DNA of 63,868 nucleotides, filler included, from Cladosporium halotolerans (taxonomy: Eukaryota): the NCBI RefSeq assembly GCF_011745625.1. It is 4 parts of 4 records of this genome, joined end to end, with 100 filler letters (N's around TTAATTAATTAA, not from the genome) between each part and the next. Parts side by side here need not be neighbours in the genome. Positions count along the whole stretch, not along the records: positions 1 to 17,760 come from NW_027191553.1; 3 more parts are not named here. One strand, written 5' to 3'. Below the pieces are notes generated by a model, which worked only from the letters and a program-made list of their open reading frames with translations, made no database searches and was not told the origin of the DNA. How positions within the stretch are numbered: the first letter of the stretch is position 1; every line of letters begins with the position of its first letter. Below are positions 1-10,437 of the stretch, one piece after another. The translations under genes were made by a program, and so were the position numbers.

Positions 1-2
1 GT

Positions 3-99
3 TCCGCGTACCTTGACGACATCCTGATCTACAGCAAGACGAAAGAAGAACACCTAGAACACGTTCGCCAGGTCTTAGAGCGACTCCGACGAGCTGGCC
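3..99 (+). mobile_element. Ty3/gypsy reverse transcriptase fragment (cut by window edge and by an insertion at 100)
   Basis: Frame from nt 3 reads [32 protein letters not shown], the YLDD catalytic motif in typical gypsy RT context. Confidence 0.85.
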
Positions 100-559
100 C
101 AGACATGACCACAATCCGGGTTATTCACAATCCGGATTGCAATCGGACTACCACAATCCACGTAGATAGGTGGATTGTATGGATTAGGGCAAGTTGTGGT
201 CCATAGGGTCGTGGATTGTGAGGATTGTATGGATTGTGAGTGAGGTACACCTTTACCTCAACCCTTACCCTAGTGAAATTTTCTAGATTTCCCCAGACTT
301 CTCTAGTTCTTAGCGCGCGGGACAGTGCGGCTACGCTGATCTACTGCCTAATCAGGGTCTCGCCGCAGATCTCGGAGGTGCTGCGCTCTCACGGCTAAGT
401 TGTTTGCGCTCACTAATCGCACCACCATTATCGCTCCACCACCATCACCACCGCTCCTACAGCCGGTAATGCCTCAATCTACACTCTCTGGATTCACCTC
501 AGGACCTCTAACGATCGATCTCGAAGTTGCGACAGAGCTACAACGCACAAACGACATCG
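100..559 (+). mobile_element. Probable left end of a hAT-like DNA transposon, truncated
   Basis: Begins CAGACATGACC exactly where RT homology stops. Followed by clustered ACAATCC/GGATTGT subterminal repeats in both orientations (112-238). No right end seen. Confidence 0.5.
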
Positions 560-852
560 CAGTGTCCGCAACAGTCAACCATGATGGTTGAGAAATGGTT
601 GATGAACTTCAAATTTGGCCGATCAATTGCCTATCGTGGGACAAGTATTGAAAAACGCCAAAAAAACACGTGTCTAAACGCGCCTATAGCGACAGCGACA
701 GCGATATTCTCGCAAATCCGAAGCAGCTAGTGTAATACACAGGGCGTTTATTCACGTGAAAACAATGTTTCAAACTTATAGCTCGCGATTTCAATATTTC
801 GATTTTCATCAACCATTTTGTCAACCATCGTGGTTGACTGTTGCGGACACTG
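560..852. mobile_element. Non-autonomous hAT-type MITE (293 bp) with ~48-bp TIRs
   Basis: Left CAGTGTCCGCAACAGTCAACCATGATGGTTGAGAAATGGTTGATGAA matches the reverse complement of 805-852 (CAGTGTCCGCAACAGTCAACCACGATGGTTGACAAAATGGTTGATGAA). Flanks CGACATCG and TGCTTCAG differ, so no TSD. Confidence 0.8.
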
Positions 853-1200
853 TGCTTCAGTGGCTGGAAGACAGACATTCGGCCTTGCAAGCAATCTCGT
901 TCGTGGACGACATAGGCTTGGTCGTCGAGTGCGACGAACTCAAAGAGGGCACCAGACAACTTGAATGCATCGGCAGAGACACCATGCAATGGGAATCGGA
1001 CAACAAGGTCGAGTTCGAAATCAGCAAGACAGAAGTATTGCTGTTTAGCAGGCGCAGGAAAGTCCTTCGAGCTGCAACGGATGTCGTTGTTCGCATCGGT
1101 GAGCAATCATTTGCGATAAAGCAAGAAGCGACAAAGTGGCTCGGATTCTGGCTGGACCCGAAGCTGACTTTCAATACACACTTTGAGGACAAGATGGCTG
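853..1200 (+). mobile_element. Non-LTR retrotransposon (LINE) RT fragment
   Basis: AISFVDDIGL...FEISKTEVLLF...KWLGFWLDPKLTFNTH are the RT catalytic and thumb motifs of fungal Tad1-like LINEs. Confidence 0.8.
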
Positions 1201-1543
1201 AACAGCCAAGCAAGAGCCATCAAGCTTGCACACAGTATGATTTTGAAAGAATACCACTAATGCATGGACCATTGTCCGGTCCCTTGGCAAGAACGGATCT
1301 TGGCCTGTGCGTCACTAATCTAGCATACCGATAGCAATCGCCGATAATGTGATAAGATGAGTTACTGGCTGTTTGAGCTTTGCATTGAAGCTTAGCTTCC
1401 TCGCCTGCCGCTTTCTGCCACCAGCTACATGCAGTTCCTCTCCGAGTCTCGATTCTCTTTTGCCACGGCGGCAGATTAACTTATCTCATGTTCGGCTTGT
1501 TCTTTCTGACCACGGAGTGTTGTCTAGTCCTTAGCACTCTCTA

Positions 1544-2122
1544 CAGGCCTGTCAACAGTCAAACAGTCAAGATAATCAGGGTCATTTGTGTTGACTGATT
1601 GACTATCGGGGCTTGCCTTGTTTGTTTGACTGACTGACCAGGGCAAGGCCTGTTTGTTTGAGAAATTATTTGACTGTTTGAGCGTCAGGAGAAGAAACCA
1701 CTACACAGCTCGGTTGAGGCCATGATGGACGACACAAGCACCTAAGTGGTCTTCGGCGCTCACAGTGATATGTGCAAGGCTGATGACAATTTGGGTGATG
1801 ACGGCGGGGACCGTTGTTATCGCTTGCCAGCAGCGGAAGCGCAGGCGGGTCATAAATTCACATGACGCGTGTCGGACCGGACCGTTCCGTTAGAACGACA
1901 TTTGTGAACCCCTCCTATGCTTGTTGTGGTATTGTGATTGGCTGGAGACCAGAACGGACCCCAACCCTAACCCCCGTCAAACAACCAAACAGTCAATCAA
2001 ATAACAGCCTCCGGCTTCTTTTGACTGATTGACAAATGCAAATCGGTTTGTTTGTTTGTTTGACAAATTTTCCAATCAATCAGTCAGATAATTTTTTATC
2101 TGTTTGACTGTTGACAGGTCTG
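1544..2122. mobile_element. Non-autonomous hAT element (579 bp) with 23-bp TIRs and 8-bp TSD
   Basis: TIRs CAGGCCTGTCAACAGTCAAACAG and revcomp CAGACCTGTCAACAGTCAAACAG (1 mismatch). Perfect TSD ACTCTCTA at 1536-1543 and 2123-2130. Many TTGAC/GTCAA and TTTG subterminal repeats. Confidence 0.92.
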
Positions 2123-3768
2123 ACTCTCTACCATCTGAACATGTCGCACTCATGTAATGAAGAACAGTTCTGTCTCCGAATGGATCTGCTTGGGATCATA
2201 TCAACTCACGATATCATCTGAACCTCCATCCCCGATCCACCTTCGCCACATTACAGCTGATCTCAACATGTCGAACGGTCATGCCTTATCCTATGGCCTG
2301 CAGCCGCTGAACCAAGCAAGCAATCAAGCAAGTCAGCAGGCTAGCTACGACACCACCCATTTTTTAGGGGGACTGCGTGTTGGCGAAATCCTTTTACCGA
2401 TACCGTCACCTCAAATGGGCACGACAATTGAATCTTGGAAGCATATTCTGCATGCTAGAGCAATCTCACAAGACGCCTCCGGCGAGGGTGATCACTCACT
2501 GCTTGCGCATCGAGTTAAAGAGGCGATCGCGAAGCTCGTCCTTTGGTGAGAAGCTCGGATAACCAGAATCTCATCCTATCACACCATCGGCGATCGCGAC
2601 CGACATGCTAGATTGACGACACACGGGCCATGAACCGTTCTCGCCAAGGAAACGGATGATGGTCTGTGCATTGGTAAGAAGCCCTCAATATAGCGGATGG
2701 GCCAGTGGCAAGCAAAGTCCTCAAGAGGCGCAGCGTGAGCGGCCCTGCTCGATTAGATCGGTCACGTGACTTTCCCAGACCTCGAGCGTTGGTTCGCCAG
2801 CTGGAACGCTCTTGAAATACTCATTCCACTTGAAGGCCTAGAAGTGGCTCGTATTCGTTAGTGGAAGAGCGGACCTCCACTCTGCCTCATTTGACAGAAT
2901 GGCGTTTCGGAAGGAATGAAGGTCTCCTGCTGTCGTACTGTAGAATCCGACGAGTGGTTTGTTCCGTCATGGACTGGACGCCGCTCTTGCCTGACCCGAC
3001 ATCTTTGGCTTGGTACGTGCTGGATTCGGCTCTCCACTCTTGTTTGAAGCTGTGAGGAATGTCGCTATCGATGGCGATCCGGGCGTCTGGATCTTGGTCG
3101 CTAGACATGATGGACGAGACACCGGATACTGTAAGCAAGTAGAATTCACACACTGACACCAACCCGGATTCTTGGCAATTGGCGTCTGGTTCCTGTGCTG
3201 CCGGTCTAAGTGGTCGTGGTCCAGAGCAGCCCCACAAACCCTCTCTTTGGGGGCAACGCTAAAATCGGTCGTCTGCCCCCAATATAGTTTTGATCGGGCG
3301 ATCGTTCGTCACTTTGTGTAAATTCCGGATATCTAACACCAGGTGTGACGACATTTACGCGAAACTAAACAATGTCCCTTAGGTGGGACTGCTGTGGATA
3401 CACGTCATGTAAGTGATCTGATCATCTTCACACTCTGAAGGTATCGGTACTTTGGTCCACTTCCACAATACTCTCTCTACCCAAGCTTGCCATTGTTCAC
3501 CACAGCAAGAGACATTGCTGGGAATAAATCTGCGTTGTGCCTCTCGTGGCACTTTCCATTCGGACATGTAACGTTATTGCTTTCAGAGGTGCGCAGCCGA
3601 GTAGAATACAGAGGGCCCCCTGTCCCAACCTCCTCTCTCAATCGAGCGCTTTGAGACCCCTGACCCTTGCCATCGGTCTCTCGATACACGATCGGTACGC
3701 ATATAAGGCTGCACCATGGCCTAAAGTCATGATCTCCATCCTCAAACCAAGCAACATACCTCGTCGCA

Positions 3769-5253
3769 ATGATCCCTCCGTTCTTACTGCTCATACAACT
3801 CGCATTGTATGGTGTAGCGCACAGTACATGGGACATAGGTCCTGCTCGGGTTGATGTCGACATATCTATGTCTTTGGACCACCAAACGTCGTCGACTCTT
3901 TCAGCGACAGCCTTTGCAGCGACTACTTCCACAACGCCGAAGTTTGACGGGCTGACCGAGCATTCTGAGACAACACATTCGTCGTTTCACCCATATTCGA
4001 AGGCCACCTCCTACATCGGCTCGGCCTGGGACGAGCTGAACAATGCACTACGCGACTCTGAGACTTCAACTTCATCCCCAGATTTCGCTAGGGTGGCGAC
4101 AAGTTCCGCTACCGATGAGACCACCTGTAGCGAAACAGCAACAGTACATAGTCCTCAGTCTAGCATTATAGACTTGCCACATTATTCGCACTCGGTCTAT
4201 TCAACGAGTACGAGAGCGTGTGATGGCAGTTCGACTACGCGGCCCTCACTGTTCGCGTCTTCCACAGGTCCCGCATCAAGCTTGCTAATGGTACGAACAC
4301 TAAAGGGTACCCTGTGCGGGTAGGGATTTTCTTAAAGGGTAGAGAACTGAACAGGACATTTCCTTAACGAACACTATGACACAACGTCTAGCCGATGAGT
4401 AATACTTCTGGCTAGCCTGATTTTGTGTGCTTGAAAGGATGTTTCGTCGAGAATGTCGGATTAGAGCGTCGCCCCAACCCCTACCCTGAGTCCATGGTGT
4501 CGGGGAAATTATTCGGCCGAGTTATCCACGACGAAGCGCGGTCGATTGACGCGTGCACTACGAGAGAGCTCCAGCAGTAATAACACCGGCATTTGAGGTG
4601 CTCTGCAATAGCTGGCATTGATACGTCGTCGGATGATGTATGCTGACTGACTTAGCGAACAAGAGGGAAGGGGTTTCGAACATGTGACGACATGCAACAC
4701 CCCCAAACAGGAGTATGCAAGCTAAGAATGCCTCGAGAGCTGGCTCATCAATTCGCTCATCGATAAGATTATTGTCACTAGTCTATAGAAACCTACCAGG
4801 TGCGAACCTCTTCAACTGCCAAGCTCTACTTATACGTGAACGAATGGAGTGCTGTCGTGTCCTCTTATCCTTCGATAAACATGCTGAAACATTGTCACGT
4901 GACCGCTTGTGGCACACCCGAACAGCCAAAAGGCTTAACGAACAGCGATTTTCTTAAAGGGTACGTACAGGGTAGGGCCTGTTATTGGGTATGCGTACCA
5001 TCGCCAAGCTTGTCCCGCATCTTGCAGTTCTTGTTCAGGCGGTTTGTCTAATTCCAACGGCACTGGTACCTGGGTGTGGCCGCCCGTCGTGTCGACATGG
5101 CCTTCTCCGAGCACCCACTCAGGGAACTCCAATCATAGCAGTCCTCCAATCGTTCAATCAGGCAGGGCTGATGGGAAGCCGGCTATCACAGTGGGGGCTT
5201 GTTGGGTAGTGGGGGCTTTAATCCTGGCAGGAGAAGCTCGGGGCATGCTGTAG
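3769..5253 (+). pseudogene. Secreted Ser/Thr-rich, possibly GPI-anchored protein, interrupted at ~4290-4981
   Basis: ORF 3769-4323 has a signal-peptide-like start (MIPPFLLLIQLALYGVAHS) and an S/T-rich body. ORF ending at 5253 has a hydrophobic C-terminal tail (AITVGACWVVGALILAG). The gap carries GATTTTCTTAAAGGGTA near both ends. Confidence 0.45.
4290..4981. mobile_element. Possible non-autonomous DNA-transposon remnant
   Basis: Right end revcomp starts CAGGCCCTACCCTGTACGTACCC. Motifs TACCCTGT, GGGTAGGG and the 17-bp GATTTTCTTAAAGGGTA recur near both ends. No clean left TIR or TSD. Confidence 0.35.
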
Positions 5254-5534
5254 ACGAACGTGGGGGGTTTTACTTGTGGTGCGCGCATCCACCGATAGAC
5301 GCGTGCGAGACGCGCACGAGCCAAGGGCCGTCTTATCGTGCATCCGTCTCTGTCCCCGTGCGTCTGGGTAACTGTCGAGGCCCAGCAATGAGCATTATTG
5401 AGGCAATCATTTAGCCAGATGGGAAAGTATTAAAGCATTTCGCCCCTCACTTCCTACAATTCCGTCCTTTTGTATCCTGTCTTACGTATCAAATATCACC
5501 GCGCTGAGACCGTGCCCTTGTTCTACCAGATATC

Positions 5535-5825
5535 ATGCCTGCACTCAAGGCCATCCACCCAGAAGAGTTGAGGGACGACCACGTCCTGATCAAGGTCGAC
5601 ATCGACGCGCTGAACGCCTCTAACCGGTATGCCACGCATAGCTCAAAGCTGACTCTCACTTGACTGATTTGATCACTCCATAGAAAGCATAGATACGTGC
5701 CAGCCCTTATTGGCCACGACGAAGGCTGTGGCGTTGGCTGCGACTACACTGGCACCGTCGTTCAAGCAGGAAGTAAAGTTTCAATGGGACTCAGGGAAGG
5801 GGATTATGTCGCAGTTCACACACAT
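5535..5825 (+). pseudogene. 5' fragment of a zinc-type alcohol dehydrogenase-fold / trans-enoyl reductase (LovC/ToxD-like)
   Basis: ELRDDHVLIKVDIDALNASN, then an intron (GTATGC...CATAG), then GCGVGCDYTGTVVQAGSKV...GDYVA. Homology stops after the N-terminal GroES-like part. Confidence 0.65.
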
Positions 5826-5976
5826 GATGCCACGTCTGTTGGCAAGGATAGCCGCTTAGACGAATCAAGTGATGCAAAAGGCGCCGGATATTACAATAAA
5901 TGGGAAAGAGTTAGCTGGTCGCTATAGTTGTATATATCAGATGTGAGCAGTAATGTACTGTGTTGCAAAAAATGTT

Positions 5977-6432
5977 GACGGCAAGGGTCTGTCGACGGCA
6001 AGTGGCTGGCGACGGCAAGTGGCTGGCGACAACGAGGGTCTGTCGACGGCAAGGGTCTGTCGACGGCAAGTGGCTGGCGACGGCAAGTGGCTGTCGACAA
6101 CGAGGGTCTGTCGACGACAAGTGGCTGTCGACAACGAGGGTCTGTCGACGGCAAGTGGCTGGCGACAACGAGGGTCTGTCGACGGCAAGTGGCTGTCGAC
6201 AACGAGGGGCTGGCGACAACGAGGGTCTGTCGACGGCAAGTGGCTGTCGACAACGAGGGTCTGTCGACGGCAAGTGGCTGGCGACAACGAGGGGCTGGCG
6301 ACAACGAGGGTCTGTCGACGGCAAGTGGCTGGCGACGGCAAGTGGCTGTCGACAACGAGGGTCTGTCGACGACAAGTGGCTGGCGACGGCAAGTGGCTGG
6401 CGACAACGAGGGTCTGTCGACGGCGAGGGTCT
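5977..6432. repeat. 17-bp minisatellite, ~27 units of two interleaved variants
   Basis: Units GACGGCAAGTGGCTGGC and GACAACGAGGGTCTGTC plus hybrids. The 17-bp period holds from 5977 to the unit starting at 6419. Confidence 0.95.
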
Positions 6433-6576
6433 GCCTCAGGGCATCTCCAGGCCTCAGGGCATCTCCAGGCCTCAGGGCATCTCCAGGTCTCAGGGCATCG
6501 CCAGGCCTCAGGGCATCTCCAGGCCTCAGGGCATCTCCAGGCCTCAGGGCATCTCCAGGCCTCAGGGCATCGCCAG
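6433..6576. repeat. 18-bp tandem repeat x8
   Basis: GCCTCAGGGCATCTCCAG repeated 8 times with few substitutions, directly abutting the 17-bp array. Confidence 0.95.
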
Positions 6577-6899
6577 GCCCCAGAGGATTACTCTGCACAC
6601 TCCCTGAATCGGCGTTCAGATAGCCGCAGTATGTGCTGCTCTCTGCCACTATGAGCGCAATCAAGAAGTTATGAAAGGATAGGCACGTCTAAAGCATTCT
6701 GCGCCATTCCTTGTAATACTATACGTTCAAAGTTGTGGCAGTGAGCACCACAATGGCTGACGTTCACAACGACTGGACGGCAAGGTAGATGCTTAACTTG
6801 TGATATATAACTCTTCGCATATATTGACGTTACCACTAATTGTTCCCACTTCATCAGCGCATGGACACCTTCTATCAGCCCCTCGTGTGTATTGAAGCA

Positions 6900-7793
6900 T
6901 TACTGCGAGCGTGCGGTGTCAAGTGTCTGACACACAGCATCACGAAGGCCCTGTGGAAGATTAGGCGTAAAACCCCTACAGCCACATCCTGACACAAATT
7001 CTGGTATCTCGAGAGTTCTCAATGCGTCCATCAGGCCGTTCAGGTTGCAGCTCTGAACAGCGCGCTCGAAAGGCAACAGTCCGTGACTCTCCAGCTGCGC
7101 TTCCCATACTGCTAGGTGACCTGCACTGCACTTTGGCGATACGTAGTACATGTCCAGCGAACAGTTCCGAAGAGCTGCAACAGCTTTTAACATGATTTGA
7201 GTCTTTTGGTAATGCAGTCCACCTATGTGCATCTCGGTCAGTCTTGCGAAACAACATAGGAGGGGTAGCCGGGTCACACCTGTAAGACCCTGGTCGGCGA
7301 TGCGGAAAGGCTGCCGGGAGCGACATGAGATGGGCTTGTCGCGGGTCGGAGAAAGTCCAAGATCCATCGCAATTGCGATAACAATGTAGAGCTCGTTTTT
7401 CAGAGCGATACCGAAAGCATGATCGAGCCATTTTGGGCTCCAAGCCAGGAGAGCACTCGTCAGTTGGTGCCTGCTGCACGATTGAGCGACCTCTTTTAAC
7501 AACCCCAGAGGAAGGGTATTTGGCACATATCGACTACGGCCATGTAGGACGTTACAGATGGTAAATAACGCATCCCCGTCATCTTCGGGAAGCTTAACTT
7601 CGTTCGTGAAAGCGAATGATCGGGGTTTGGGCACGCGAGGCGTCTGTAATGCCCTGAAGAAGCTCTCTGATGCTCTGCTTAAAACGTGAGAAGAGACGAG
7701 AAGCAAATCTTTACTGCCTTCGTCAGCTCCTCGGAGCAAAACATCTCCTTCTGGACAGATGATGTTGACCTTCTGGGCAGTGAGGAGCTCCAT
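6900..7793 (-). CDS. BTB/POZ-domain protein
   Basis: IICPEGDVLL...LLVSSHVLSRASESFFRAL...VKLPEDDGDALFTICNVLH is the fungal BTB pattern. Probable in-frame 57-bp intron at 7223-7279 (GT...CTGAC...TAG). Confidence 0.8.
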   Translation of the reverse strand: MELLTAQKVNIICPEGDVLLRGADEGSKDLLLVSSHVLSRASESFFRALQTPRVPKPRSFAFTNEVKLPEDDGDALFTICNVLHGRSRYVPNTLPLGLLKEVAQSCSRHQLTSALLAWSPKWLDHAFGIALKNELYIVIAIAMDLGLSPTRDKPISCRSRQPFRIADQGLTGVTRLPLLCCFARLTEMHIGGLHYQKTQIMLKAVAALRNCSLDMYYVSPKCSAGHLAVWEAQLESHGLLPFERAVQSCNLNGLMDALRTLEIPEFVSGCGCRGFTPNLPQGLRDAVCQTLDTARSQ

Positions 7794-8094
7794 CTTCGCT
7801 TACGTTGTAAGCCTATGCTGGTTATATCTATGCAATGAATGACCAAAATTGTATAGTACAGTACTGTACTGTACCGCAGCACCTATTTCATCTATAGATA
7901 TGGACTCTGGAAAGGGAAAAAGAAATAAGAGGGGGCCCCAATACACGGAGGGGTCCGGGCTTGCACGGTTCGACGCCATTGAAGGGCTCTTGTTTGCACA
8001 CGCGCACCAGCTCACGCTTATACAGTAGCAGGACAGACACACTTGCAGCGTATACCGTACAATACTTGCTTTGAATCTTCCCCTGATCGCTAAG

Positions 8095-10156
8095 ATGGGC
8101 ACAAGCGTTCACTCTGAGCTACACGATCATTTTCGGGGCTACGCTCGGCTCAATCTAGCCAACATACAATTCGCAGTTGACGAAAATGTGGACGAAGCAG
8201 ATGTTAAACAGTTGATCAAGAATTTCGAATTGCGAGGCTGTTTTCAACAGGACCCAGCCTACGCTATCTCAGTTATTTTCGACAGTGATACGCTTGCCGC
8301 AGCCACGAACGGCGACACTGATGTGACCTCACCTGATGGATCACCATTTCGTCACTTCAACATTCGAGTGACCTGCCTACACGGTAGACATAGAATACTG
8401 GCCGCGCGACTCGCCTTGCAGGAACCTGATAGGTGGTGGACCGCGAGACTGTTTGACTCAAGTAGGTGAGCAGTTTCCACAAAAGCAACTCACGCTTATC
8501 ATTTTTCCAGATTTGTCACCCACCGCCCGAGAGTTTATTCGGCATGAGTATATGCACAAGTCGTACCCGACCGATGGAGAGATCTCCAGGCAGGTGCTTG
8601 TCGCCGAGCACGAGCGCAACGAGACCGCTTTCAGGTGCTGGTCAGCTATGCTGACGGAACGCAAGCGGAGAAACCTGACAGAGCTCAAGAAAATCGACGG
8701 CGGTGGTTTGCTTGCTGCAATAACCCCATTGCTACCATTTGCGGCTCTGTGGGTAGACTTCCAGCCTGGTGCTCTCAACCGCGTGTTGCCAATGCGTTGT
8801 CGTGAGGTAATATTCGATGATAGCTCACCTTCGATATGATCACAGCTGACCGTTTGGTAGGAGATATACCGTTACTTGACATGCATGCACAGAGTCTGGT
8901 CAACGATTATAGGCAAAGACGTGTTCCCTGAGTGTCTAGATGAACGTACCATACATCTACTCCACGTCCGGATGCCTGCACACTCTGCACATGACGTGAT
9001 CCACATTGGGAAACAGCTCCAGCTTTCCACTATCTTCCCTACCGCTCGCGATGAACGAGTACGGAGCAACTTACTAGGTAGGATCCGGTCTTGTGAAAGG
9101 GTGCTCACTTTTAAATCATTCCATGCAGACATGGTATTACTGGAGGCGTGTTACGATCCTCTGCGACAGCTGTGGCCCAGGGACGGAGGCAATCTTCGAC
9201 AAGCCTGTAAATCCTCTTTCCAATTCGAAGGCGGTGATTTTGAAGCGAGCTATCTCGACATCTGGCTTTACAGTATCAGAAGTCGTCCGAAGTTCTCGTG
9301 GCTGAAAGATACTGGGCTTAAGAGAACCGGTGGCAGAACCGCATCAAAATTTCCAGAAGCAGCAGTAGCAGAACTGGCTACCTTCGCGGCCTCACGTGGA
9401 TTTAGTTCGGAGATGATTGAGGTGATGCGAGCTGGTGAACGGTACGGCGAACACAACGACAGTCTTGAGATACCGAACTTAAGCGGAGCACATCACGATG
9501 TCAGTCTACAGGACCGCTGTGGCCGCCCGTCGAAAGCTCTTTTCGATAGCTGCTGGGGAAAACTTTCTCCAAGAAGTGTACTCACGGAATGGCATGGGCC
9601 TGCAGACCGGCATGTTACACCTTTTGCAGTGGCGAGGAGTTTTGTCAGATGTCTTTTCGAACTCGGGCAGCCGTACGAAGCCCAGAGGACAGGTACCCTT
9701 CACAATCTTGGACGGATGGCGGGTATGAGCCGACCTTCATCAATAATTATGAATAGACCCGGACGATCCAGCACCTTGTTGGACCCGACCCTAGATCTTT
9801 CGAAACTTGGATACGTTGTCGACGCAAACACGACATCGCAAGTCGGTGCACCAGACACCATGCAATTTGGACGCCACAAATCCGCTGCTGACTACCAGAT
9901 GAGCACATCACCTCATCGATCCAGCCCCATGGTGTCAGAGACCAGTGGCAAGGTGAGGACATATGACGATGCAGACGAGATATCGAATGCGCGTAGAAAC
10001 AAACGGTGGCCCGACAACAAGAAAACAATGGCCACAGTATCGCCAAGGGTAGAGAAGAATCGAAAGCACGCTTCGAACACAAGGCAGCCGAAAAGTCGAG
10101 GTCTGCGTTCCCTTCACTTGGCAGAGATACATTGTCAGAAGAGTAAAGTACAGTAA
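8095..10156 (+). CDS. DUF3723-like protein (family frequently carried by Starship elements)
   Basis: Exons 8095-8461, 8511-8806 and 8861-10156 splice in frame with GT/AG. Motifs: GYARL, CLHGRHRILAA, DRWWTARLF, EY...TDGEISR, RCREEIYRYL...W. Confidence 0.75.
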
Positions 10157-10437
10157 TACAGTATAATCTGGCTCATCTCAAACTATGTTCAAGGTGCTGT
10201 GGGCAACGACATTCTTTTTTTGGACACGAATGATGGTGGTCCAAACTCTGTGCAGCAATCTTGGTTGATGTCATTTCTATCAAAAGAGCAGTGACTTTGT
10301 GTGCATCGCGATGATGATGATGATGATGATTCTCATTCAGGCTATGCACGGAGACCGTATGAGCCGTCCCTAATCGCTGCCTAACATTACAATGAACACC
10401 GCCTTAGCACTCATGGCCCGAGAGATTAGCCAACACC

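Noticed and set aside
2560..3110. Minus-strand spliced gene remnant
   Set aside because: Some exon-like stretches exist, but with several stops and no identifiable family.
5977..6576. CRISPR-like array
   Set aside because: Units are contiguous with no unique spacers, no cas genes are present, and the context is eukaryotic.
5891..6664. ORFs of 150-257 aa over the minisatellites
   Set aside because: They are open only because the repeat units lack stop codons, and there is no domain evidence.
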